A stretch of DNA of 64,000 bases, from the NCBI GenBank assembly GCA_964035575.1, contig OZ037836.1:496001-560000 (forward strand). The letters are read 5' to 3'. The position numbers were made by a program, and so were the translations under genes. The notes below the pieces were generated by a model, which worked only from the letters and a program-made list of their open reading frames with translations, was not told the origin of the DNA and did no database searches. Numbering within the stretch: position 1 is the first letter of the stretch; every line of letters starts with the position of its first letter. Of this stretch, positions 22,178 to 34,369 are shown in pieces. Source of the DNA: Rhynchopus sp. YZ270_cl-10. Its lineage: Eukaryota.

Positions 22178-24222
22178 TAGCTTTTTACACCGTGTTTACA
22201 CCATGAATTTTTTTCGCCTGCGGCGCCATTTTATCTTATTTTTTTTGCTCCGCAAAAAAAACTACAGCTCCCAATGTCTTCCTTTGTCAGCAGTGCTGAA
22301 TTTTTGGGCGAAAAAACAAGCTGACCCCGATCTTGAAATCTGGATTCCTGGATAGGACACTAGTTTTCCAAACACAAAAACAATGACTGCCTCACACAAA
22401 ACCACCGTTTTGGTGGGTGCTGGCTATATAAAACCCTGCACACAACCACGCGAAAAACCAAAAAAAGGGGGTTTCCCACATATTTCCCCCTTTACTGCAC
22501 CACCACCACCCCTATATACATTACTGGACTCATGGCATCCGAAAAAAAAACACGTATTTCCACACGGATTTGCATATCAGTACAAAAGAAAGGTTTGTAA
22601 GATGAACCTAAGCCTCTCGTGCGTCACCAATAAAAGTTAGAGATGAAGAGAAGGACAGCCCAGCACACCTGCCTTATTTGAAGCAAGGGAGAGGTGCACA
22701 AAACGCCTCTACTGGTGTCTCCAAACGAGGGCTCACTAGCTAATGCTAGTTTGTCGCTGGAATCGGAAAACCTAAAGACCCAGAGGGCCAGACCAATAAA
22801 TTGGCCCTGCCGGGCCAACCCACTACAGCGAACATCACCCAAAAACACCTTTTATCCAAAGATGCGCCAATAAGGCTTGTAGTGTCTCGTATCGTCCTTT
22901 ATGCATAGGAACGTGCCGGAGCAAAGCTGCGACTGAGTACAGAGAAGAGGGAATCAATTCAGTGGGGGTTCCCATAGTTATAAACCCCTCAAAAAAAATG
23001 CTTGAGAGACCTTGTTTCTCTTTCTGCTTTTGTTGCTCAAAAGATTAGGATGGGGAGAGGGGGTAAAGGTTGGTCGTTCGCTTCCACAAAAAACAAGGAA
23101 TTGCTATCAAAAAAAAAAAAAAAAAAACGGGGTGTGCTGTTGTGGGAGGCTGGAAGGCTCAAGAGAACAAATTAAAAAGGGGTCCTCATTTTGCATTTTT
23201 TTTTTGGGATCCCACCCGTGCAGTGGTGGGGGGTCAATCTCAAAAATTGGACAATTTTTTTGTCCATTTAAATTTTGGAAAATATGAGCCCGGTCATTTA
23301 TACGTGGCCCATTTTCGGCTAAAAATTTCCCCAAAATCTTACCACCTTGGGTTGTGACCCTACAGGGTTGAAAGCAGGGGTGGCTGCATTCCTCTTCGGA
23401 ACGGGGGTGCTCCGTCCTATTTAAAAAAAAACGTTCATTAGGTTGTGGGAAGAAATGAGACCCGGAGTCTCTTCCTTTCACGACAACGCTAGTCACGACT
23501 GACAAGGCAGAGCGGGTCCCGGACTGGGGGGGCCTGGGGGTGGGGTACGGGTGATCAACAAGATTTAAAATACTACGGGTGTCAATAGCTATCTTCACCC
23601 ACACAGGAAAAACGGGAAACGAAATAAGGGGAGAGTTAGTTGTACGCTTCCACCGAGCCAAATAGAAAAGGCAAGAAAGTGAAAGAAAAGTTTATAAGAT
23701 GTCCCTAAGCCTCTCTGTGCTTAGTCACCTTATCATATTTCGTTATCGCACAGCATCAGCTGCGCTGGCTTCTACAAGTTTGTTGTCAGGGATGATGTCA
23801 TTTCAATAAATATCCTGAATTACAGAAAGTGATGTGTGAGAAGGGAGGAGCACAGATGAGGGTGAAAACAGTTAGAGCGACCGTAGCATTTCCCCCTGTC
23901 AACTGCGTTTGACCTATAAAAATCGTAACGTACACTCTCTGTTGATTCTAGGGGGTATGTTTGTGTCTCTTTTTGATCGTTCTTGTTTTGCATTGATGCA
24001 TCCACACAGACATGGGATTGAGAGGGGCTAAGTATGTAGAGAGAAGTGAAAAGGGGTACAAAGGGAACAGCATATGCTCATATTCAATCGCGACAGTTGT
24101 TGTTGTACAGTGCATGTCCCTGAAAAACTGTTATCTGAGTTTAAGCTAGTCTGATAAAGAAAGAAACAAAAGAAAAACATTTTTTTTTCGTTGATCGCAC
24201 CGGATTTTTTGTGGAGTGTGTA

Positions 24223-25873
24223 CACCATGGACTCGTAATGACATTACGCGCGTCATGACGAGGTAATTACGAGTGCCTTGACGAGGGCACCCCCTCGTAA
24301 TTACGAGGGGGTGCCCTCGTCATGACGAGGTAACTACGAGGGCACCCCCTTTTTTTTTTTTTCTCTTTTTTGTACTTGGACTAGTTTTTTATGAGAATAG
24401 AAAGGAAAAAGGAAGAAATGGAGAAGACAATAAAGACAATAAAATGAACAGGAAATGGAAAAGGAAAAAGGAAATGGAAAAATGAAAAGGAAAAAATGAT
24501 GACCAAAAATGGTCGGTGTTTCAAGTTTTGTATAAAAGGCGGGCGAAGAGTACGGTAGAGCCAACAGAGTTTTATACAAAACAAGAAACTGCATTATGTG
24601 TTTGTTTTTTATTCTTTTTGATCAATTTGAATACACAGGCGTCACACTTCTGGGGCAAAAAAAGGAAAAAAAGAAGACCTAATCCTCCTTACTTAAAAGA
24701 AGGGAAGGGAGAATAAAAAACACATTGCCTTTGCTTTGTTGTCTGCAGAATGGTTTGTTTTAGTGCCTCCCCTGGAAAAAGAAAAATGGATTCCACTTGG
24801 TAAAAATAGCACACCTGTTGAACACACGTCAGGCCAGGAACAGAAGAAAAGCAAACGCTTCCACGAATGGAAGCAAAAGAAAAGTGTGGTGAAAAAACCC
24901 TTTTGGCCAAGGTGGTCTTGACTCTGTCTACAAACTTTGGGGATGAATGAAAAAATGACACTGAATAAATAACAGAGAGTGGGCGGGTAAGCCACTTCTC
25001 CGAGCTAAACACAAAGTAAACACCCTCCACCCATCTGATCCCGCCCACAAACACAAACAATCACGACAGAAACCAAGACAGGCAGAGGATGACCAGGGTA
25101 GGTTTTACTTGAACAGCGAACCTCTGCCTTGATACTTCACACGCTCAGCAGACGAGTTGCCACAACTCTCCAGACCTGCTGCAAAACAGGCCTGCACCTT
25201 TCACCGCATTTCGCTTCGTGCCCCTCATCTGGCGCACTACTGACGGGGGACGCCCCATGTAGGCACATCGGTAGGATTTCGTCTTAACATAGTTTTTTGT
25301 GTAAAAAAAAATGAACCCCCTCGTAATTACCACGTCACGACGTCGTCATGACGTGGGCACCCACGACAAGGCGATTTTTGACCAATACAAAAAAAAATTT
25401 TTTTTTCAAAAATCGGGCGTGGTAGGTCATAAAGTGGCCCAAAAAATCCAAAGAAAACCTCAGATTGACCAAATGGTGAAAAAAATTGTCAAGTCAAATT
25501 TCAGCCAAAATACGGCCATTAGACCCCCACAGATGCTTAAAAGTGCCAAATTTTGCTTTTAATGGCCTCAAATCGTCGAAATTAGCCCTATATAGGGGCC
25601 AAAAAAAAAATTCGAGAGTCCCTTTCCCTGGGAGGCAATAGCCAGACAATGACCACGGGAGCACCCCTCGTAATTACGAGGGGTGCCCTCGTAATTACGA
25701 GGGCACCCCCTCGTCATGACGTCGTAATGCCGTCGTCGTGACGAGGGAAACCCCACGTCATGACGTCGTCATTACGAGGGGGTGCCCGCGTCGTGACGAC
25801 GTCATTGCGCGCGTAATTTCCCACGTAATTTCCCTCGTCCCTCGTCACGTAATGTCATTACGAGTCCATGGTG
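24223..25873. mobile_element. ~1.65 kb non-autonomous DNA transposon with 26 bp TIRs, flanked by TA
   Basis: TA|CACCATGGACTCGTAATGACATTACG at the left end and CGTAATGTCATTACGAGTCCATGGTG|TA at the right. Subterminal palindromes CTCGTAATTACGAG and CGTCATGACG. No transposase ORF seen. Confidence 0.85.
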
Positions 25874-27890
25874 TAGGGACAAAAAATCAAAAAACTTTTC
25901 TGTGGATAAGTTGTTGTTTACATCGCTCTCAAAAAATTCGGGCACACTCTTTTCCTCCCTTACAACCTTTGCAAGGCAATTATCTCAAAATGAAATACCC
26001 CCCCTTCTTTATTTGAAAACTTGGTTGTATTAGCGTAGCCACCCTAGAGTGTGCTCCACTATATATTTATTTATTCGTTGTTTGTTGTTTGATCGCATCC
26101 AAAAAAAAAAAAAAAAATGTCACCTGTCGTTTCCCTCACCCCCCTTCTTGTAGTTGTTTGATGCGTTGACGCTTCCACACACACTAATCACCTGTTGGGT
26201 GGTGGTGCGGACCACGGTTGGGTTGAGCGTATGATGTGTACACTTTCCTGTGCGTAAAAAAGAAAACGAATAAAATGCTCGAGAGACTCGTTTCTCTTTG
26301 CTCTGTTGCTCAAAAGACTATAAAACGGGAAGAGGGAAAAAAAATAGGGTTGTTTGCTGTTCGCTTCCACACCTGTTTTTGTTTTTTTTGGCATCTCGCA
26401 AATTGACCCTTCGCCTCTCCACTCTGTGGCAGGCAGAACAGCGTGCGCGAAGCGCGCTACGACCACTGTTAACCGGGAGAAATAGAAACCGCACTCCTAC
26501 TTTCCCTGTTTGTTGTTTACCCACCCCCCCCGCAAACAATAAAGACAAAAGGGAGAAGGTTGTGGTGAAACGCACACACCTCGACCTGTCGGTGAAGTGT
26601 GGCTCTACTCCAACCCCGCCCCCAGAAAAGAAAAAAAAGGGAGGGGTTGAGATAGTTTCTTTCCTTATCTATTATGACTTCAAAAACTCTCTCTTTATCT
26701 TAACTCAATCTAAAGTCCACACCCATGTGGCGGCCGCTTTGGCATGCGTCTGTAAGGACAGCCTTGACTGATACTTTCTGTATTAGCACACGATTGCCTC
26801 CCTGAAGGCTACGTAGCTACCTGAGTACAAAAAAACTCTCTCTTTATTTTTAAATAATTTGGTTTTGGTTGAGATACATCAAAAGGTGGTCGGTTCTGTG
26901 GAATCAAAAGATCACACATATGCCATAGGTGTCAATACTCATCCCCGAAAATGAAATACCCCCCCTTCTTTGTTTATTCGTTGTTTGTTGTTTGTTGATC
27001 GCATCCATCCAAAAAACCCGCGAAAAACCCGCGTCCTGAAGTACGGTGGAGAGGTGGAGCACAAGGGGGGAAGGGGAAAACGGTAAAACTCATGACCACC
27101 GACGAGCGCGTCTTTCATTTCCAGACGTATTGCATACTCGTACAAAATCTTAACGTACACTCTCTGTAAGACTGTTGATTCTAAAACGGGGGAGGGTAAA
27201 AAAAAAGCGCGAAAGGTAAATTGGGGAAGAGGTTGAAAAGTTGGAACGCTTCCTCACCCCCAGATCACACATATTTCATATGTCATATGTCACAAGTGTC
27301 ATGTCCCCGAAAAAAATAAACAAATATGGGTAGCTAGCCAGAAAATTCCCCAAAAAAAAAGAAGGTGATCTTACAGCAAAATTTAAAAACAGAGACATTG
27401 ATCGTTCATGGCCTTGGGGACCTTCCCAAAATAGAAGGGGAAAAAAAAATGAAAACCGGACAAAAAAATTCCTAGAGTCGGACTCCCTAGCCCTAAGGCT
27501 AAGCAGACCCCGAAGGCGAATCCAATATTCTCCCTTTCGGATCCCAAAATCCCTGTACCGTAAAACAAGCGCTAAATGAAAAAAACAATTTGCAGGCACA
27601 CATCTTCCGTCTTTTATTTCCTCTTGTTGCTTGGTAAAAAAAAAAAAATACAGTACACTATTTACTGTGCTTGGGATAAACTCCGCGCTCCCAGTTTTTT
27701 TTTTTTCGTAAAATAAAGTGAAATTCTAATATTCCATTTTTTTCTTCCCGGTCGGCAATATTCGTCCGAAATTCGGATCCGAAAAAAAAGGGCGAATACG
27801 AATTTACCTTCGGGGTATGCGGGCCTCCCTCCCCCACTGAGTCTCCCCTCCCCTCCCCATCCAGGGAGTTCCTCCCTTCTGTGGTGCACC

Positions 27891-30770
27891 TCAGACAATC
27901 CCTAATGCCCAGGTCTGCTCCTTCACCCTGAGTGCCCTAAGATGCGTGTTGAGGGGCGCGAGCTGCGCCGAAATAGAGTGGAAGGACTGCAGGAAGATGT
28001 AGAGGGCCTCCGCCGCGTCGTTGCTGATCACCGGGGCGTCGAGGATGCGGGTGTGTTCATTTGCGTTTGCGTAGAAGCGCGACGCCACTGCTGATGCTGC
28101 ACCCGAAGTGCGGGCGAGACTCCTACTTACAGCATCGGCACATACCCCACTGCCTCCTACTTCTGCTAGGATGGACATATCGTGTAACAACTCTGAGACG
28201 CATACTAGCAGCTCCTCAAGGAGTGGGTCTAATGAGGTCTGAAGTGCATCGAGGCTGCCGGAGTGCTCCTTCATTGCGACCCAGCTGTGTACCATGGCTG
28301 TCAAAAAATTCGCGAGTTCGGCTTCATCTGCGAGCACCGCCTTGAAAGCCTCCGCATGAAACGGTGCCCTCCACAGCATAATCTCATCCTCACTCTCAGG
28401 AAGCAATGCGCGCTGCGCCCGCACCCCTGCTGCATACCGTCCCGCCTCACCCACAACCTTCTCCTGGTCAGCATAGCGGTTCTCCCCGACGTAGGTTGAA
28501 ACCATGCTCCGTAGAACCTCTTGTAATAGACCTAATGAATCTTTCAATCCAGCGCGAATTAATTGAGATGGACGAATCGGAGATACAGCGTAAACACAAA
28601 CCATATAAATCACTGCTGCGAGAAGGGTCTGTTGGATGCGAGAAAACGCAAGCTCGTCGAGAGATTCATGCCCCAAATGGGAGCCTCCAGTTTCCGGATT
28701 ATACCCAAAAAGCACGATCGCCGCAGTCAACGACGCGACCGCTCCAGTATAAGAATATTTCGGATCCCCCGCTTTGACGTATCCTGAAAGGACACTCCAC
28801 GCTGTAAAACACGCTCCAAGCTCCCATCCTCCGGTTGTCACCGTGCGTACCACGATATACCCAAAGGTGCTTCCAAATACGGTACCCTGCAGACGATTCA
28901 TTGCCGCACCAAAAGACCCTCCAGCGTTCGGCGCGCTAATAAAACCCACTGTAATCGGCGCCCAGAATGATGGAGTTAAATCCAGCCCGATAGACGCCCC
29001 TAACGACCCCAACAACGCGCACACCGTTTTCGTAGATTCCAACAGATCGCGAAGCCCGCTCTTCTCCCCAGAAATGATGGACCACGCCTTCAGACCGATT
29101 CCTTTCCCTTCCGTCAAGCAATACACCCACGGTGTCAAAAAGACATCCTTAAATGGTGTAAACTCCGCGGTCTCTCCATTCAGCCGAACCGACTCTGTGT
29201 GAGAGGTGATCAACAACTCAGAAAACTGTTTCACGTAGAATATGAAAGTCTTCAGTCTAATAAACGTATCTGGGGAGAGAGGAACCTTATCAGTGTAGAG
29301 AAGCTGTGTTCTGCACGCTGTCATCGCGGCGACTAAGGAGTTTAACGCGGTTTGGAGTCTCTCTGTTTGTTCTGTGCTGATAGCAGAGCCGTCTGTTTTG
29401 TGCAAAAAATCCGCAATTTCAACACAAAGTTCAATCAGTGGAACCTTCAAAAAGACCATCTGCCGTTCGTGAAGAGTCGGTGATTTTAATCGCATGGTGC
29501 TTATATTAGAGACCTGGCCTTTCAATGAGTGGAGTGCGGTTGCTATGCTTTGTAACACAGCGACATCGTGCTGGAGAACACGAAGCTCCTTGCAGACATC
29601 GAGCTGGCAAAGACAGCCCGGGATGATGGTGATGCTGGCGAAGAAGGAGGTGGCGCCGCGGAGGAGGAGTGTTTCGTACTCGGCTGCAGCGGACATCGCT
29701 TGGAGTGCGGGGATTAATTCGTCAAGAAGACCAAGGTGCACGACACCGTCAACCCCAGCCGCATCGCTGCCTCGAGTGTTCACCACTGCTGCGGTAAACT
29801 CTGCAAAGATACGCGCTGTAAGAGTATGTGCATTCTCTCTCCTCCTCCTTGCAAACGCCCATCCCGTCCTTGGAAACGGAAGCACAACAGCAAGCAGCGC
29901 GCAAAAGCACCCCGCCCCCACAGTCTTGAACATCGAAAACGGGAAATGCCAATCATCAAAGGTCGCTTCAGCCTGCCACCATAGCCAAAGGTTTACCGAA
30001 CCGAACGCTAAGGTCAGCTTTTTCGCCCCAACCTGCGTTGACAATACATGAGTGCAGACCAACACAAAAAACGCGGCCACCCAGAACACAGCGGCAGACC
30101 GTTCTTCGAAGGCCAACGCTATGAGGCTGATGGGGACTGCCACTGCGAGCGTTGCCTTGAGCGCGACTGAGGCAAACGCGAGGGTAGCCCCGATTGACTG
30201 CTGTGCACCTAAACAGGCGATGATAGGTACCAACACTGTCAAGGGAATCTCATCCGCAAGAACAGCGGTCAGCACCACAACAGCACCAAATCCGGACGCC
30301 ATCCCGCTGCGTAGCGCCCATTCAAACCGGTTCCACACACGGCTGCTCCCTAGCGTCCAACGATCCCCTCTACTAAAAGCGGCAGCACGCCGCAGGCGGG
30401 TGAGCTGCGCATCCGCTGCAGTAACCTTGGCACCATCAGAACCACCCTTATCAGTGGCAGGCGTAGAGGGGCTGCTAAGGTCGCGGTTCACATCGTCATT
30501 CGTGGGGGTCGATGGGGTGCGCTTCGTATGCTCTGAAGGAGATTTGTAGGGTATTGGAGAGGCAGGGGTAGCTTCGTCAGCCTTGGTGGGGTCTAGGGAG
30601 AGACGTTGTGTCGCATCCCGGGGGTGCGTGTCGGGCCCGGCGGCGTGGTGTGGGGTGTTGTGGAGGGGTGCGGAGGGGGTGCCTGCCTGCGCCTCGGGTG
30701 GTTCCGTGTGTGCAGGTTCGTTCGTTGCCATATCTACGATGTGCTGCCCATTGTGCTGTGCGGTGGGCAT
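27891..30770 (-). CDS. FUSC/ALMT-like (aromatic acid exporter superfamily) membrane transporter
   Basis: 959-aa ORF with two multi-TM bundles, each followed by a helical region. Motifs WAPITVGFI, MNRLQGTVFGS, YSYTGAVASLTAAIV and RIQQTLLAAVI. Start is uncertain (30770 or 30734). Confidence 0.8.
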   Translation of the reverse strand: MPTAQHNGQHIVDMATNEPAHTEPPEAQAGTPSAPLHNTPHHAAGPDTHPRDATQRLSLDPTKADEATPASPIPYKSPSEHTKRTPSTPTNDDVNRDLSSPSTPATDKGGSDGAKVTAADAQLTRLRRAAAFSRGDRWTLGSSRVWNRFEWALRSGMASGFGAVVVLTAVLADEIPLTVLVPIIACLGAQQSIGATLAFASVALKATLAVAVPISLIALAFEERSAAVFWVAAFFVLVCTHVLSTQVGAKKLTLAFGSVNLWLWWQAEATFDDWHFPFSMFKTVGAGCFCALLAVVLPFPRTGWAFARRRRENAHTLTARIFAEFTAAVVNTRGSDAAGVDGVVHLGLLDELIPALQAMSAAAEYETLLLRGATSFFASITIIPGCLCQLDVCKELRVLQHDVAVLQSIATALHSLKGQVSNISTMRLKSPTLHERQMVFLKVPLIELCVEIADFLHKTDGSAISTEQTERLQTALNSLVAAMTACRTQLLYTDKVPLSPDTFIRLKTFIFYVKQFSELLITSHTESVRLNGETAEFTPFKDVFLTPWVYCLTEGKGIGLKAWSIISGEKSGLRDLLESTKTVCALLGSLGASIGLDLTPSFWAPITVGFISAPNAGGSFGAAMNRLQGTVFGSTFGYIVVRTVTTGGWELGACFTAWSVLSGYVKAGDPKYSYTGAVASLTAAIVLFGYNPETGGSHLGHESLDELAFSRIQQTLLAAVIYMVCVYAVSPIRPSQLIRAGLKDSLGLLQEVLRSMVSTYVGENRYADQEKVVGEAGRYAAGVRAQRALLPESEDEIMLWRAPFHAEAFKAVLADEAELANFLTAMVHSWVAMKEHSGSLDALQTSLDPLLEELLVCVSELLHDMSILAEVGGSGVCADAVSRSLARTSGAASAVASRFYANANEHTRILDAPVISNDAAEALYIFLQSFHSISAQLAPLNTHLRALRVKEQTWALGIV

Positions 30771-32637
30771 GTGTCGTGTGAGGTGGGGGTGGGGAGGTGG
30801 GGAGGTGGGAGGGGTACAGTTTGTTGCTCTAGAGTAGGTGGCGGAAGGGGAGAGGGGGGCCTGGGGGTGCGGGGGTGTAAGTTTGTATCAAAGTTAATAT
30901 TAAACGTGTAATACGTTACAACGTGCCGAGGGAGGTGGGGCATATGGTTGTTTGCAAAGGGAAGGTGCAAGAGACAGCAAAACTAGTAAGGGGGGAGAGA
31001 GGTCTTTTGTTTTGTTTTGATTTTTTTTTAAAGCTTCGTTGTATTAGTGTGGTTTCATGACATTTCAGTTTCTCTATCCTCTGCGATATGACGCGCAAAC
31101 ACGCCGTTTTCAATTTGATTCGCAGACCGATACTGACTCACGAAGTTGCTGTGTCAAAAAACACCTTCCTCTGCGAGGCGGGATACACAGCGACAACGTC
31201 CATCACTCATGCGCCTATGAGTCGCTCAATGGCGTCATGGCTTTTATCATGACTACAGGGGTCCAACCCTGCACATTGCTCTCACAACACAAAATACAAA
31301 TATGCACACAAATGAAGAGATGAAAGCTATCTTACAATAAGACAACAAACACCGGTGGGGTAAAAACTAATTCGGAAAAGGGGAACTAAAAAAAAACCCA
31401 CCCAAAAAAAGGGAGAAAAAAACGAAAACATAAATCCATTTTGCTGATTTATGCGAGCACAAGAGGCAACCATGTCTTTGCCTGAAGTACAGAAATGAGG
31501 TGAGTGCACAATAAAGGAGGAGGGTGGTAAATTTGTTTCAATAACTTTCAAATCAAAGAAGATTGTTTCATATACATTCTTTTTCTAATGAAAAGAAGAG
31601 AAAGCTCAAGGACGTCAATAGATGCATTCAAACGTTAGTGTTTTTGTTGCAAAAATGTGAAGAAAAAACAAAGAAAAGAGAACATTCTCGACGTACACAC
31701 TCTGTTGATTCTGAAAACTCGCATGCCACCACACAATGGATCGAGAAAGAGCTCTCAATCTGTCAATCCTCACGTTGTCCTGACCTAGTAAAATTCCCCG
31801 TGGAAAACATGTGGTGCTTCCTAAGATATGTCACAACTGTCATGTCCCGGGTGCTTCACATGCACACACATTTGCACTTGGTATCGTCCACGAGGCTACC
31901 GCCATACTCATGCACATGTTCTGACACAACACTGCACGATCCGGTGATGTTGATGCTGCTTGTGGGTAATGTGCATCCTTCCAGGAAGCTTGGCCTTATG
32001 TACCGAACACTCGTCAACCCAGATAAGTCAAGTGTTTTCAATGCGCTGCAGTTAAAGAGAAAGTAGTCTCCCAGCTGCGTCACATTGCTCCACCCAGAAA
32101 TATCTAGTGTGGTCAATGAGGTGCAGTTGGAGAGAAAGCTGTGTCCTATATGCGTCACATTGTTCCACCCAGACAAGTCAAGGGTTCGCAATGCGGTGCA
32201 GGAGGAGAGAAAGTGGTCCTCAACCCGTGCCACATTGTTCCACCCAGATAAATCAGCAGTGTGCAGTGAGGCGCAGTGTTTGAGAAAGAAGCAACCTACT
32301 GCAGTCACACCTGGCACACCACTGAGATCAAGTTCTGAGAACGTGGCACCTTGTAAGAAGTAACGGGGGATCTTAGTCATAACCTCCGCCTGCAGAAACA
32401 GACGAACCAGCTTGGGATCTGTCAGACCTGCGAACCTCTCTTCCAAATAAACGTTTTTAAAAATAGGATGGAGCACCCCGGTCCGAAAAGGAATGCAGCC
32501 ACCCCTGGCTTCAGGCTCGCGAACCCAGTATTGCAGTAACACTGGGTCTCACGGGCCAAAAACCGAACAAAGAAAAGGAAAATGTTTGGGTTCAGCGACA
32601 GCGCCAATGGGCTGACGCGACGCTGAACCAACTTAAA

Positions 32638-34180
32638 ATAATATATATTATTATCGTGAATTTATTTTCCAGTATTTCACGCACAGGTGGAAACAGCCCG
32701 AGGGAAGCATTTTTTCCCGAGGGCGAAGCCCGAGGGGAAAAATGCTTCCCCGAGGGCTGTTTCCACCTGTAAGTGAAATACTGGTATAAATTCACGAAAA
32801 TATATTATTTTATCTCCAAATGAGACCATGAATTTCACAACCCGTTTTCACGTACAAAGAGAAGAGGGTGGGGTGGTTCTTTTTATGATGATTTTTGATT
32901 CAGTTTTTTGATGTGGAACTCTTAGCGCTGGACAGCGCCTTGAGCCAGAACTGGTGCAGCGGGTTTGTGGCGCTTACGCGGCTGTACTTCTGAGGAAGAT
33001 GAGGAAGACGATGACGATGAGTCACTTGTGTTCGTGTCGGACTCACTCTCCACAGGTGCCCTCGCACGTTTTTGAGGTCTCATTTGGGATTTTTTGATGA
33101 AAATTTGGAAAAAAAAACGTGTAAATCCGTGGTTTGTGTGATACAGAAAATTAACTCAAAAATGCGTTTGAGACCCCCAGAATGGCTCAAAATGCCTCTT
33201 TTCTGGCTTTAATTGCAAAATTGGGCCTCCAAAGGCCTCCAAAAAAATTTTCGAGAGTTCAGTTCTACTATTTTCTGAGCGTGAATTTATTTTTCTGAGC
33301 GTGAATTTATTTTTTGAGCGTGAAATACCGGAAAATAAATTCACGCACCTCCTTCACGATTTTGTGAAGGGGCGTGAAATTCATGGTCTCAAGCGGGGAT
33401 AATATATATTATTATCGTGAATTTATTTTCCAGTATTTCACGCACAGGTGGAAACAGCCCGAGGGGAAGCATTTTTTCCCGAGGGCGAAGCCCGAGGGGA
33501 AAAATGCTTCCCCGAGGGCTGTTTCCACCTGTAAGTGAAATACTGGTATAAATTCACGAAAATATATTATTTTATCTCCAAATGAGACCATGAATTTCAC
33601 AACCCGTTTTCACGTACAAAGAGACGAGGGTGGGGTGGTTCTTTTTATGATGATTTTTGATTCAGTTTTTTGATGTGGAACTCTTAGCGCTGGACAGCGC
33701 CTTGAGCCAGAACTGGTGCAGCGGGTTTGTGGCGCTTACGCGGCTGTACTTCTGATGAAGATGAGGAAGACGATGACGATGAGTCACTTGTGTTCGTGTC
33801 GGACTCACTCTCCACAGGTGCCCTCGCACGTTTTTGAGGTCTCATTTGGGATTTTTTGATGAAAATTTGGGGAAAAAAACGTGTAAATCCGTGGTTTGTG
33901 TGATACAGAAAATTAACTCAAAAATGCGTTTGAGACCCCCAGAATGGCTCAAAATGCCTCTTTTCTGGCTTTAATTGCAAAATTGGGCCTCCAAAGGCCT
34001 CCAAAAAAATTTTCGAGAGTTCAGTTCTACGATTTTCTGAGCGTGAATTTATTTTTCTGAGCGTGAATTTATTTTTCTGAGCGTGAATTTATTTTTTGAG
34101 CGTGAAATACCGGAAAATAAATTCACGCACCTCCTTCACGATTTTGTGAAGGGGCGTGAAATTCATGGTCTCAAGCGGGG
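32638..34180. mobile_element. Two head-to-tail ~760-780 bp units with a long palindrome centred on GGGCGAAGCCC, nested in element A (Helentron/HINE-like architecture, tentative)
   Basis: Units at 32638-33398 and 33399-34180. Each has a ~140 bp imperfect hairpin and a subterminal inverted repeat TGAGACCATGAATTTCAC / GTGAAATTCATGGTCTCA. Confidence 0.6.
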
Positions 34181-34369
34181 ATAAAATAAAAAATCTTGTA
34201 TCAACTTGAAAAAGAAAAGCAATGAACAGCAACAGAGCCATTTGGGCTTACGCGTCGCTAAAGTAACTGAAAAACAATGTTTTAAAAACAAGAATGTCGT
34301 TGACCAAGATTGAAATACACGAAAAAGGTAAAATACTAAGAATTGCCTCATATTCCATGGGCATCGTTT

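Noticed and set aside
31484..31495. Relic spliced-leader sequence (TTTCTGTACTT on the minus strand, repeated in several spacers)
   Set aside because: Only an 11-nt match to the euglenozoan SL 3' part as I recall it, not adjacent to start codons, and multiplied by spacer duplication.
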